A stretch of 64,000 nt of DNA, taken from Macrostomum lignano (taxonomy: Eukaryota). Under the pieces are notes generated by a model that was not told where the DNA came from, searched no databases, and saw only the letters and a list, made by a program, of their open reading frames with translations. Where the stretch lies: assembly GCA_002269645.1 (NCBI GenBank), contig NIVC01000179.1, positions 1 to 64,000 of the forward strand, written 5' to 3'. Below, piece by piece: positions 1 to 11,944 of this stretch; position 1 is the first letter of the stretch; each line of letters opens with the position of its first letter. Made by a program: the position numbers and the translations under genes.

Positions 1-860
1 CCTGATCTCTGGCTTCTCTCCCTTGATCTCTGGCTTCTCTTCTCCCTGATTCCTGGCTTCTCTCCCGACCCCTGGCTTCCCTCCCCTGACCCTGGCTTCT
101 CCCTCCTGACCCTGGCTTCCCTCCCTGACCCTGGCTTCTCCTTCTTGACCCTGGCTTCCCTCCCCTTGACCCCTGGCTTCCCTCCCCTGACCCTGGCTTC
201 TCCCTCTTGACCCCTGGCTTCCCTCCCTAACCCTGGCTTCTCCCTCCTGACCCCTGGCTTCTCCCTCCTGACCCCTGGCGTCCCTCCTTCCTAACCCCTG
301 GCTTTACTCCTAACCGCTGGCTTACCTCCCCTGACCCTGGCTTCCATCCCTGACCCTGGCTTCCCTCCCCTGACCCTGGCTTCCCTCCCCTGACCCTGGC
401 TTCCCTCCCCGACCCTGGCTTCCCTCCCCTGACCCCTGGCTTCTCTCTCCTGACCCCTGGCTTCTCCTCTTGACCCTGGCTTCCCTCCCCTGACCCTGGC
501 TTCCCTCCCCTGACCCCTGGCTTCCCTCCCCTGACCCTGGCTTCCCTCCCCTGACCCTGGCTTCTCTCCCGACCCCTGGCTTCCCTCCCCTTGACACCTG
601 GCTTCCCTCCCCTAACCCTGGCTTCTCCCTCCTGACCCCTGGCTACTCCCTCCTGACCCCTGGCTTCCCTCTCCCTTGACCCCTGGCGTCCCTCCTTCCT
701 AACCCCTGGCTTTACTCCTAACCGCTGGCTTACCTCCCCTGACCCTGGCTTCCCTCCCCCGACCCCTGGCTTCCCTCCCCTGACCCTGGCTTCTCTCCCC
801 CTGGCCCTGGCCTTTCTCCTTACTAACCCCTGGCTTCCCTCCTTCCTAACCCCTCCCAGG
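1..860. repeat. Minisatellite, about 20-bp unit CCTGGCTTCCCTCCCCTGAC (degenerate)
   Basis: Directly visible tandem units. Confidence 0.95.
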
Positions 861-1360
861 CTAACCCTCCTACTCTACCCCTCCCAGCTACGCTCTCTAG
901 GCTACCCCTCCCAGGCTACCCCTGCCATTGTACCCTCCTAGGCATCCCTCCCAGACAGCCCCTCAGGCTCCCCTCCTACTTTACCCCTCAGGCTCCCCTC
1001 TTACTTTACCCCTCCCAGGCAGCCCTTCCAGGCTACTCCTCCCAGGCTACCCCTTCCATGGCAACCACTTCCAGGCTATCTCCCACTGTACCCCTGTGTA
1101 CTGTCTCTATTTATGTTCGAAACTGAGAAGATTGTTTCGTTTCGGTATTATTTAAAAAGATAATGCATCATTTTTTACTTCAGACGCTTCACTCTCATCA
1201 TTTCAGGTGCGTACATGCGAGTCAGCTAACGCTGACGCCGCACTTTGTATTCGGCTTTCCAACGGGGAACTGTGCGTTTATGAAAGCCATTTGGGATTTG
1301 GGATGCCAGAAAAGATATTCTATTTTGCAAGGATCCGATAAAAGCTGCCGCTTCGGCTGC

Positions 1361-2355
1361 ACTGCAGTGACCGCCGGCTCAAGCGGAGACGATCGCAGGA
1401 CTGTTTGCTGCCTGCCGCTTGCTGCAGTGACCGCCGGCTCAAGCGGAGACGATCGCAGGACTGTTTGCTGCCTGCCGCTTGCTGCAGTGACCGCCGGCTC
1501 AAGCGGAGACGATCGCAGGACTGTTTGCTGCCTGCCGCTTGCTGCAGTGACCGCCGGCTCAAGCGGAGACGATCGCAGGACTGTTTGCCGCCTGCCGCTT
1601 GCTGCAGTGACCGCCGGCTCAAGCGGAGACGATCGCAGGACTGTTTGCTGCCTGCCGCTTGCTGCAGTGACCGCCGGCTCAAGCGGAGACGATCGCAGGA
1701 CTGTTTGCTGCCTGCCGCTTGCTGCAGTGACCGCCGGCTCAAGCGGAGACGATCGCAGGACTGTTTGCTGCCTGCCGCTTGCTGCAGTGACCGCCGGCTC
1801 AAGCGGAGACGATCGCAGGACTGTTTGCGCCTGCCGCTTGCTGCAGTGACCGCCGGCTCAAGCGGAGACGATCGCAGGACTGTTTGCTGCCTGCCGCTTG
1901 CTGCAGTGACCGCCGGCTCAAGCGGAGACGATCGCAGGACTGTTTGCTGCCTGCCGCTTGCTGCAGTGACCGCCGGCTCAAGCGGAGACGATCGCAGGAC
2001 TGTTTGCTGCCTGCCGCTTGCTGCAGTGACCGCCGGCTCAAGCGGAGACGATCGCAGGACTGTTTGCTGCCTGCCGCTTGCTGCAGTGACCGCCGGCTCA
2101 AGCGGAGACGATCGCAGGACTGTTTGCTGCCTGCCGCTTGCTGCAGTGACCGCCGGCTCAAGCGGAGACGATCGCAGGACTGTTTGCTGCCTGCCGCTTG
2201 CTGCAGTGACCGCCGGCTCAAGCGGAGACGATCGCAGGACTGTTTGCTGCCTGCCGCTTGCTGCAGTGACCGCCGGCTCAAGCGGAGGACGATCGCAGGA
2301 CTGTTTGCTGCCTGCCGCTTGCTGCAGTGACCGCCGGCTCAAGCGGAGGACGATC
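1361..2355. repeat. Minisatellite, 60-bp unit GCTGCAGTGACCGCCGGCTCAAGCGGAGACGATCGCAGGACTGTTTGCTGCCTGCCGCTT, about 16-17 copies
   Basis: Near-identical units, with one 1-bp deletion near 1828 and 1-bp insertions near 2288 and 2349. Explains the ORFs at 1320-2463. Confidence 0.97.
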
Positions 2356-4135
2356 GCTGCTCCGCGTGCTATCATCCGGTTCCGCGACGACCTTAACGAA
2401 CAGTGGCAAAGTGAGGGCTATTTAATAAACCATAGTTATGACCTGAACGATTTTCTGAAGTGATGCGTGTTTGTGTGACTCACATCCTGGTGATGCGCAG
2501 TTCTGTACCAGCTGTTTGTAGTTGCTGTGTAGCTGAAGTTTCTGCGGGTAGCTTTATGTTGCGAGCATTACTTCAGTTGGTTTTGCGTAGCTGCATAAAG
2601 TTATTCTATCCAAGCAGCACATTACCTTTGCGTTTATTGAGAGCTTTAATATTTTTTTTGTCCGAATAACAAAAAAATGCATTTTGCTCAATCGATGTTA
2701 CCCGGTAATTTGGCTGTTGCGCCACGCATTTTCGCGCAGAAGTGACCGAAATTGTCCAAGTATTTTTCTATTTTGTGTTACACTTATTTGAGAAATTTCG
2801 CTTGCTCAAAAGAATTGACCAGACTGCAAGTCGCAGAGTTTGAATTTCGGATCGCGGCGGCCTGAAAAATCTTTCATTCTGCTCAAAATGTTAAACATCC
2901 TTAGCTAATGGCAAACTATCTACATAGTCTGGCTAATTTGCTACCTCAAGTAAGCTTGACTTAGATGCAGAGGGCATTATCCGGCGGATGCAGCGATCAG
3001 GAGGCGGAGGAGACCGCCCATTCCGCTAGCCTCTGGCGTGGCGACCATGAATGACTTCCATCGAAGTGATGTCGCTCAGGGGGGCCGTCGTCGGTCTCGC
3101 TTGCAGCACGGTCCTCCTCACCGGCGGTGGGTAAAACTCAGCTGAGGTACCGGGTGAGCATCAATATGCTCTCGGGCCTGCAATTAGCGTTGGAGGGTTT
3201 GGGCCGGGGTGAGTGAGTGGTGAAGACCGGGTAGTGGCAGATAAATTGTTCTGCGTTTTTACTGCCTGTTGAGCGGCAGAAGAGCTTGGGGCACCGCGCG
3301 CCGCTCCTCAAGTACCTGGCCCTGAAGGAAGCGGTGGCGAGAGAAGCAGCCATGCATGCCCGGAAAAGGCCCATGTACTCGTACATGTAAATGCTCTTAA
3401 GATCTTAGGCTTGAGCCTAAGGAAGGGGAGGAGACAGACAGCAAGAACAGCAAGAGCAAGAAGGGGACAGCAGCACGGGATTTCCTGCAATTTCGAGTGT
3501 CGATCGTGCCACCTGCGGAGATGCTCAGAGTCAGCCCAGTGCTTGACTCGGTAGTTGATCACCGAGGCGCATGGGTGGGGGCCCCTGGGCCCGGTCCAGA
3601 AGCCCGCTGGCGGAGCCAGCCTTGCCGGAATGGAAACCATGACATCGTGGACCGGGATCCATTAGAGCTCCACCGGTTGCCCAGCGCAAGCCCGTGGAGC
3701 CGGGCGTTGCAGTCCAGGACAGATCTGGAGTTGGTGGTGCTGCAGCAGACGGCCAGAAGGACTGCTTGACTGTCGGAGTGAAAAATAAATTTTTGACATC
3801 AAGCTAAGCTGCTATTAGGTAGTTAATAATACCTTTGCAAGCTGAACATTTAAATTTATCTCTACTTTTGCCACTTTTACTGATCGCAAGTGGATCCACA
3901 CGCAGCCGTGGAGTGGATTGAGCTACATGTAGACTAGTCCAGCGGCCCCGTGGACTGGACTAAAAAACGTATTTTACGCTTATTTAAAGAGCACTGGAAA
4001 TTCACCGAAATTGAAGCATCGATATCTCAGCAACTGCTCAATATTTTGACAAGTGGTAAAGTATATAGCTGGTGCAAAATTACTCTACCTATTATCCAGT
4101 AAAATTCTATGCGCCAAATCCATCATTTTGGGGTA

Positions 4136-4893
4136 CAAGTATGGCTCGGAAAGAAGTAAATTTTGGCGTAACTCCAGTAGTGGAAACTCCAATCGAAACT
4201 CCAACTCCAAAATCGAAACTCCAATACTGGCTGATATAAATCCAGCATCGGAGCATAAGATTGTCGCATTGTCGCACTAAACTGCACGCTAAAATCGACC
4301 ATCAATCTAAGTATTGGAGTCTGCAAGGCTCCAATGCTGAAGTTATATCAGCTCCAGTACTCGTTTCAATGCTAGAGTTTTCTTATGTTCCAATGCTGGA
4401 GTTTTCTTATGCTCCAATGCTGGATTTTTATCAGCTCCAATGCTGGAGTTATATCAGCCAGTACTGGAGTTTCGATTTTGGCACCGGAAAAGTGCAAATA
4501 ACTCTATTGGATGACCTTCTGGCGCTCTGGGACCGGCGCCAATCGACTCAGGGGCCGAAATCTATCAGAAAATGTTGGGCGCATAGGCGCGAAAGCCACT
4601 CTGCAAAATGCCAAAGATTTGTATCCCCCCAGCCTAGGTGCACTTGTCAAATTTACACCTTATCAACCTGCTGCCAGTAAAGATTCTGCAAGTAAACCGG
4701 CTGTCCTGCAACTTGCAACTAATCAAAACTACGCAAGCCGCTGAGCAGTGTCGCACCAGACTGCACGCTAAAATCGACCGTCAATCTATAAAGTATTGGA
4801 GTCTGCATATTGCAAGGCTCCAATGCTGGAGTTTCCTTTATTCCACTACACTGGAGTTATGCCAAAATGCACACTTATTTCCGAGCCATACTG
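4136..4893. mobile_element. Tc1/mariner(pogo)-type MITE, non-autonomous
   Basis: TA|CAAGTATGGCTCGGAAA... at 4134 and ...TTTCCGAGCCATACTG|TA at 4895. Imperfect TIR of about 55 bp, TA target duplication, internal degenerate CCAATGCTGGAGTT repeats and a ~90-bp internal direct repeat (about 4255 and 4745). Confidence 0.75.
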
Positions 4894-5181
4894 TACTGTA
4901 GTCCAGCTCAATCCACTCTACTCCAGTTGAACATAGAAATTTTTTTCAAGGATCTTCTCAAACGCGAGAACGGAACTGTTAGCACAACGCTGCCCAGAAT
5001 CAGGAGAATGGGCATGACAGAAGCAGCTGCAAAGAACTCATATAGTAGTGAATTCTCATGCAAGTATGAGCTCATGGAAGTATTAGCAGGAAAGTTTGTT
5101 TCAATGGTTCGACCGATCTGACAAATTTTATTTGTGTGAACCTATAGCCACTAATGTACTCGTAGTGAATAGAAGCTTTTC

Positions 5182-6095
5182 AGACCGTAAAGACGGTCTC
5201 TGACTGTTTTTACCCTGGCTGTCCTTCGTACCCGCCCTGCAGGAAAGAATGACCATTCACGAAGGTGTACGGTAGAGCCTAGTTGATGCCAGCCCTGAGG
5301 CTGTGCCCCGGGAAGCAGGGTCTCCCAACTGCTAGTAGGGTTCAGGTGCTCCTCCGTCCTGTTTTTATCCCCATTACTTGTATTGGTTTTATTAATGTAA
5401 GGCCTTTGACTGCCGCTCCAATTTTCCGGAGTAATGAGCTCTGCCCTCCCTGCCCGGTCCATCCTGCGCTGTCCTTGGTCCATCTGCTGGCTCCTCTGGT
5501 TGTCTCCCTGACTAAGTGTCTCTGGCTCTCATCCTGATAGTAGATTCGTGTCCTGGGGAATGAGTTCGTCCCGAATCGGGGATACCGGCTGAGTCCGGGT
5601 CCTCTTGCTCCTTGTGCCCCTTCCCGACCCCTTGGCCTGGCCCCCAATATTGAGCTGGATAGGCGATACCCTTGGGTTTGTAGCCGGTAGATGGGCTTCC
5701 TGCCTGGAGTCTCGCCCTCGGATACAAGCCTTCCAGACTCGCTCCAATAGTTAAGGCTTCCAAGACTTCTGGGTTTCCCCGCTCTTGGACCGGTTTCAGT
5801 AGTAACCCAAGCTAATTTTTCGTATTTTCAATTTTTTCTGCGCACTCCGAGGACTCGGTCTTAGCACCGTCGCTGATTCCACTTTTGGGTTGGCGGTGCC
5901 TTGTACCGTAGGTTTGAGTTAGTAGCACCAATGCTCCTGCTCTCACCAGAGTCCTGAGCTCTGGTCCCAATCCCAATCGTGGCCTCTCGGGCTACATGCC
6001 CCTGGTAGTATGGCCCACAGTCAGATCCCTGCGGTAGAGCCCCCTTAAGGCTGATCCGCGGTAAGCCCCTGGCTTTCTACCCCCGTTCAACAACA
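5182..6095 (+). mobile_element. Non-coding retroposon-like insertion (SINE-like) with a spliced-leader-like 5' hairpin and CAA tail
   Basis: Flanked by AATAGAAGCTTTTC (5168-5181) and AATAGAGGCTTTTTC (6096-6110), an imperfect TSD. Starts AGACCGT-AAAG-ACGGTCT (hairpin) and ends ...CCCCGTTCAACAACA. No convincing ORF. Confidence 0.62.
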
Positions 6096-7951
6096 AATAG
6101 AGGCTTTTTCCTCGGTAGAAATTCGAGCAACGGATAAAACTTACATGTAGCTCGTCAAAACTGACATTCTCTTCAATTCATCGGTGACATCATGCTGACA
6201 ACATGCGGATGGCGAGTGATCTGGTGGCGAAGCTTGAAGTTGCAGTCGTGAAGTTGAAGAGGCAACGCCTCCTCGCTGCGTCCGGATGCCCGGAACCCCT
6301 GCAGCTAAGTCAAGTAACCCTCTAACACTGTACACAACTCTCAAATCTGCGCAATAACTACATGTACATGTAGCTAGTGCATGTGCACTTGCCAAGCACA
6401 GAGAAGGCGAAACTTCTCCCCGATATTGTGCTTCTCAATTCAAATACGTATTTAAGAAATTAATAACATGCATCCCGTGTTTCCCGTTCGTTATTTTCAG
6501 CAGTACATCAGTTAGCGCCCCTCATAACTGGTGCCCCTCATACTCATGTTGGCCTCCCAAACTTGGACCGCCCCTCCCAAAAAGAAATCCTAGATCCGCC
6601 ACTGCTCGTACATGATAAGACTGACTGAATTTATTTCTACTAATATCCACCTATACTAATTATAGATCATTTGTCTTAATCGGATGGAAACAACTTACAT
6701 ATGTAAGTGTCCATGTACCAGGAAAGTCATGGCTATTTAAAAAGTGACAGGATGTCACGCTATGGGAGCACGAGACTTTTACACAGAGGCTTTTCTCGCC
6801 GAGCTTTCCTCTCATTTTTAACCAACAGGTGCTGCAGCGACAGAGGGCGAGAAGGAGAAAGGGAGGCCAAGAGGGGCAGGCAAACCATTGAGACTACTGT
6901 AATGTAAATTCATATACTTTATACATCTCGCCCTATGGCTCTACCTCCCACTATTCTTTGTGACCGTCATGTGACCATATTTGTGTCATCATCAAAAGAG
7001 AATTCGATAAAACAGGAATGTTTCAGGACAGGACAGAGTGAATTATCGTAAAAAGCATAGGTAAAAGCAATTAAGTCTGTTTTATTTTAGAGGCACATCT
7101 TCATAATATACAGTCAAGTATACACTCGTAAAACTGTACATTGACAAAAGACAATGAAAAAATATAAACAGCCAACGCTTGTCGAAAAACGCGCTGCTTA
7201 GTTCTCTCAAAGTTTGGTTAGCAAAACTCGACAGGGAGGACAAAACTGATCACAGCATTACAGAGCGGGAGAGAGAGCGTCAGCATTTGATGGTAGTGCA
7301 ATATTGCAGAGGTCATGGATTAAATGTTGTATACGCCACGGGCACAGAGAAGTGTGACTAAACATATTTATACGGCTAACAGCTAATTTCTGTGCAATGT
7401 GGCTGAATAGTCATACATGTCGTAGTCGTCACTGTCGTCTTCTTTCACCTCACGAGGATCCTGATTGCACTCTGCGTCCTGTGCATCGGCAGCAGCATAA
7501 TGCACATTGCTTAGTCTCATCTCGACACCTGCCAATGAACGAGAGAAAAAGTCCTTTTATTTAAAATGCAAATGCATGATGCAAAGTATTCCAATACAGT
7601 TCATAGCTAATTTGCATTGTTAGCACTTGATGCTGGAGTGACTATGAGCGGAGAAGCTGAATAGGTTATGTACGCGACCAAAACAATTCACTGATTTCAC
7701 TAGGAAGAAGCTAAATACGCGTAACGTGCAGAAAATCTACGCACTATTTTGTTTTAAACGACCTCATTTTTCGTATTCTGCTGATGATATTGTAGAGTGT
7801 ATAAGCGGCAGCATAAAATACACATATTTTTTTACTCACTGCTAATTCCACGCGAAGATAAATAAATGCCAAAGATCTCCTCTGAAGGAAATCGGATAAT
7901 ATGCTCCTTAATTAGTCCTTCGTTCGCCCTTAGCACTCGCAACACTCGTAG

Positions 7952-10140
7952 ATGACAGCACGCGAAGCAGCGAGCCGGCGGTCACTGCAGCAAGCGGCAG
8001 GCAGCAAACAGTCCTGCGATCGTCTCCGCTTGAGCCGGCGGTCACTGCAGCAAGCGACAGGCGGCAAACAGTCCTGCGATCGTCTCCGCTTGAGCCGGCG
8101 GTCACTGCAGCAAGCGGCAGGCAGCAAACAGTCCTGCGATCGTCTCCGCTTGAGCCGGCGGTCACTGCAGCAAGCGGCAGGCAGCAAACAGTCCTGCGAT
8201 CGTCTCCGCTTGAGCCGGCGGTCACTGCAGCAAGCGGCAGGCAGCAAACAGTCCTGCGATCGTCTCCGCTTGAGCCGGCGGTCACTGCAGTGCAGCCGAA
8301 GCGGCAGCTTTTATCGGATCCTTGCAAAATAGAATATCTTTTCTGGCATCCCAAATCCCAAATGGCTTTCATAAACGCACAGTTCCCCGTTGGAAAGCCG
8401 AATACAAAGTGCGGCGTCAGCGTTAGCTGACTCGCATGTACGCACCTGAAATGATGAGAGTGAAGCGTCTGAAGTAAAAAATGATGCATTATCTTTTTAA
8501 ATAATACCGAAACGAAACAATCTTCTCAGTTTCGAACATAAATAGAGACAGTACACAGGGGTACAGTGGGAGATAGCCTGGAAGTGGTTGCCATGGAAGG
8601 GGTAGCCTGGGAGGAGTAGCCTGGAAGGGCTGCCTGGGAGGGGTAAAGTAAGAGGGGAGCCTGAGGGGTAAAGTAGGAGGGGAGCCTGAGGGGCTGTCTG
8701 GGAGGGATGCCTAGGAGGGGTACAATGGCAGGGGTAGCCTGGGAGGGGTAGCCTAGAGAGCGTAGCTGGGAGGGGTAGAGTAGGAGGGTTAGCCTGGGAG
8801 GGGTTAGGAAGGAGGGAAGCCAGGGGTTAGTAAGGAGAAAGGCCAGGGCCAGGGGGAGAGAAGCCAGGGTCAGGGGAGGGAAGCCAGGGGTCGGGGGAGG
8901 GAAGCCAGGGGTCGGGGGAGGGAAGCCAGGGTCAGGGGAGGGAAGCCAGGGTCAGGGGAGGGAAGCCAGTGGTCAAGAGGGAGAAGCCACGCCAAGGTCA
9001 GGGGAGGGAAGCCAGAAGTCGGGGGAGAAGCCAGCGGTTAGGAGTAAAGCCAGGGGTTAGGAAGGAGGGAAGCCAGGGGTCGGGGGAGGGAAGCCAGGGT
9101 CAGGAAAGGGAAGCCAGGGTCAGGGGAGGGAAGCCAGGGTCAGGGGAGGGAAGCCAGGGTCAGGGGAGGGAAGCCAGGGTCAGGGGAGGGAAGCCAGCGG
9201 TTAGGAGTAAAGCCAGGGGTTAGGAAGGAGGGAAGCCAGGGTCAGGGGAGGGAAGCCAGGGGTCGGGAGAGAAGCCGGGGTCAGGGGAGGGAAGCCAGGG
9301 GTCAGGAGGGAAAAGCCAGGGTCAGGGGAGGGAAGCCAGGGTCAGGGGAGGGAAGCCAGGGGTCGGGAGGGAAGCCAGGGGTCGGGAGGGAAGCCAGGGT
9401 CAGGGGAGGGAAGCCAGGGGTCGGGAGGGAAGCCAGGGTCAGGGGAGGGAAGCCAGAAGTTGGGGGAGAAGCCAGCGGTTAGAAGTAAAGCCAGGGGTTA
9501 GGAAAAAGGGAAGCAAGGGGTCGGGGGAGGGAAGCCAGGGTCAGGGGAGGAAAGCCAGGGTCAGGGGAGGGAAGCCAGGGGTCGGGAGAGAAGCCAGGGT
9601 CAGGGGAGGGAAGCCAGGGGTCGGGAGAGAAACCAGGGTCAGGGGAGGGAAGCCAGGGGTCAGGAGGGAGAAGCCAGGGTCAGGGGAGGGAAGCCAGGGG
9701 TCGGGAGAGAAGCCAGGGTCAGGGGAGGGAAGCCAGGGGTTAGGAGTAAAGCCAGGGGTTAGGAAGGAGGGAAGCCAGGGGTCACGGGAGAGGGAAGCCA
9801 GGGGCCAGGAAGGAGAAGCCAAGGTCAGGGGAGGGAAGCCAGAGTCAGGGGAGGGAAGCCAGAGTCAAGGGAGGGAAGCCAGGGGTCAAGGGGAGAGAAG
9901 CCAGGGTCAGAGGAGGGAAGCCAGGGGTTAAGCGTGCAGCCAGGGGTTCGAAAGAAGGGAAGCCAGGGGTCAGGGGGAGAAGCCAAGATTAGGGGAAGGA
10001 AGTCAGGGGTCAAAGAAGGGAAGCTAGGGGTTAGGATTGAAGCCAGGGGTTAGGAGGGAGGGAAGCCAGGGTCAGGGGGGAGAGAAGCTAGGGTAGAGGG
10101 AGGAAATCCAAGGTTAGGGGAGAGAGGAACTAAAGAAAGG
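7952..10140 (-). repeat. Right arm of the long inverted repeat (about 5 copies of the 60-bp unit + unique core + about 1.3 kb of the 20-bp array)
   Basis: Reverse complement of the left-arm modules in mirrored order. The 20-bp array decays at about 10100-10140. Confidence 0.92.
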
Positions 10141-10584
10141 AAAATAAGTCAAGGATCAGGTATTTTATATAAAATATATTGTAGGCTTAGTTTTATAGTT
10201 TGTTATTTACTCTAGGCCTAATGCCCATGGTATACATAAAGTAGATACATAGATAAAACTAAAATTTTAAGGCTCGTATCTAGTAAGTTAGCTAAATCTA
10301 TTCATTAAGTCAATAAGCTAGGCTTAGTGCTCAATAAGGCTTTCCTACATACATATGGCTGTAGCTAAATCATACATGCGCAACTGCTGGCCGACCTGGC
10401 CGATCCGGCCACCGTAAATCGTGGCTGACCAGGGGTAAGTCGCAAAATTGAGTCAACCAAAAACAGAAAAACACAAGAACCAAGAAAGGCAAGAGGAAAG
10501 CGAAAGAAAGAGCAGTTCAGGGAAAATAATGAAGCAAAAGAAAAACAATTCGCAAAAGAAGCAAACTAAGTTGTAAAAATATTC

Positions 10585-11705
10585 AGGTAAGTCGCAAAAA
10601 GGATCAGGTAAGTCGCAACAGGAATCAGGTAAGTCGCAAAAGGGTTAGGTAAGTCGCAAAAAGGATTAGGTAAGTCCCAAAAAGGATTAGGTAAGTCGCA
10701 AAAAGGATTAGGTAAGTCGCAAAAAGGATTAGGTAAGTCGCAAAAAGGATTAAGTAAGTCGCAAAAAGGATTAGGTAAGTCGCAACAGGAATCAGGTAAG
10801 TCGCAAAAGGGTTAGGTAAGTCGCAAAAAGGATTAGGTAAGTCCCAAAAAGGATTAGGTAAGTCGCAAAAAGGATTAGGTAAGTCACAAAAAGGATCAGC
10901 TAAGTCGCAAAAGGATTAGGTAAGTCGCAAAAAGGATTAGGTAAGTCGCAAAAAGGATTAGGTAAGTCACAAAGGGTTAGGTAAGTCGCAAAAGGATTAA
11001 GTAAGTCGCAAAAAGGATTAGGTAAGTCGCAAAAAGGATTAGGTAAGTCGCAAAAAGGATTAGGTAAGTCACAAAGGGTTAGGTAAGTCGCAAAAAGGAT
11101 TAGCTAAGTCACAAAGGGTTAGGTAAGTCGCAAAAAGGATTAGGTAAGTCGCAAAAAGGATTAGGTAAGTCGCAAAAAGGATTAGGTAAGTCGCAAAAAG
11201 GATTAGGTAAGTCGCAAAAAGGATTAAGTAAGTCGCAAAAAGAATTAGGTAAGTCGCAAAAGGGTTAGGTAAGTCGCAAAAGGATTAGGTAAGTCGCAAA
11301 AAGGATTAAGTAAGTCGCAAAAAGGATTAGGTAAGTCGCAAAAAGGATTAGGTAAGTCACAAAGGGTTAGGTAAGTCGCAAAGGGTTAGGTAAGTCGCAA
11401 AAGGGTTAGGTAAGTCGCAAAAGGATTAGGTAAGTCGCAAAAAGGATTAAGTAAGTCGCAAAAAGGATTAGGTAAGTCGCAAAAAGGATTAGGTAAGTCA
11501 CAAAGGGTTAGGTAAGTCGCAAAGGGTTAGGTAAGTCGCAAAAGGATTAAGTAAGTCGCAAAAAGGATTAAGTAAGTCGCAAAAAGGATTAGGTAAGTCG
11601 CAAAAGGGTTAGGTAAGTCGCAAAAGGATTAGGTAAGTCGCAAAAAGGATTAAGTAAGTCGCAAAAAGGATTAGGTAAGTCGCAAAAAGAAGCAACTAAG
11701 TCGCA
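10585..11705. repeat. Minisatellite, about 21-bp unit GGTAAGTCGCAAAAAGGATTA, about 50 copies, inside the 10371-13210 element
   Basis: Directly visible; 19-21-bp unit variants. Confidence 0.96.
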
Positions 11706-11944
11706 ATAAGAGGGAAGTAAGTCACAATCAGAGGCAATCAGGGGGTAGTAGGTGCAAGTGTGGCAGGAGAGCAAAAACAGAATAGAAGCCTTCAACCACA
11801 GACAAGATCTTTGAAATCAGAAGCCCGCGTCATTTCTTAAACTCTGGAGCAGGGGTTGGCAAACTCCGGCTCGCGAAGCCCCTCTATCTGGCCCTCGCCC
11901 CTCGGGTTCTTTGAAACTTCCTAACTACGAGTAGCAAGGTTGGT

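Larger units (their letters stand above)
1..2375 (+). repeat. Left arm of a long inverted repeat (runs off the window start): 20-bp array + about 500-bp unique core + 60-bp array
   Basis: About 860-1360 is the near-exact reverse complement of about 8290-8790. The same spurious ORF (MHHFLLQTLH...) appears at 1163 (+) and 8489 (-). Similarity ends near 2375 (cgctgctccgcgtgctatcatc). Confidence 0.92.

Noticed and set aside
322-2463. Long ORFs (up to 352 aa) in the first 2.5 kb and their mirrors at 7908-9822
   Set aside because: Read-through of 20-bp and 60-bp tandem units, open in several frames and on both strands; no domain content.
5155-6095. Solo LTR reading (TGT...ACA) of the 5.2-6.1 kb insert
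   Set aside because: No 4-6-bp TSD flanks those ends, whereas a 14-bp TSD fits the 5182-6095 boundaries.
1-10140. Inverted repeat as a read-foldback assembly artefact
   Set aside because: The arms differ in array copy number and in scattered bases and are separated by 5.6 kb of unique sequence, unlike adapter-miss palindromes. Long-read confirmation is still advisable.
10585-11705. Telomere-like TTAGG / CCTAA motifs in the 21-bp and 20-bp arrays
   Set aside because: Only single embedded pentamers per unit, with no (TTAGGG)n run.
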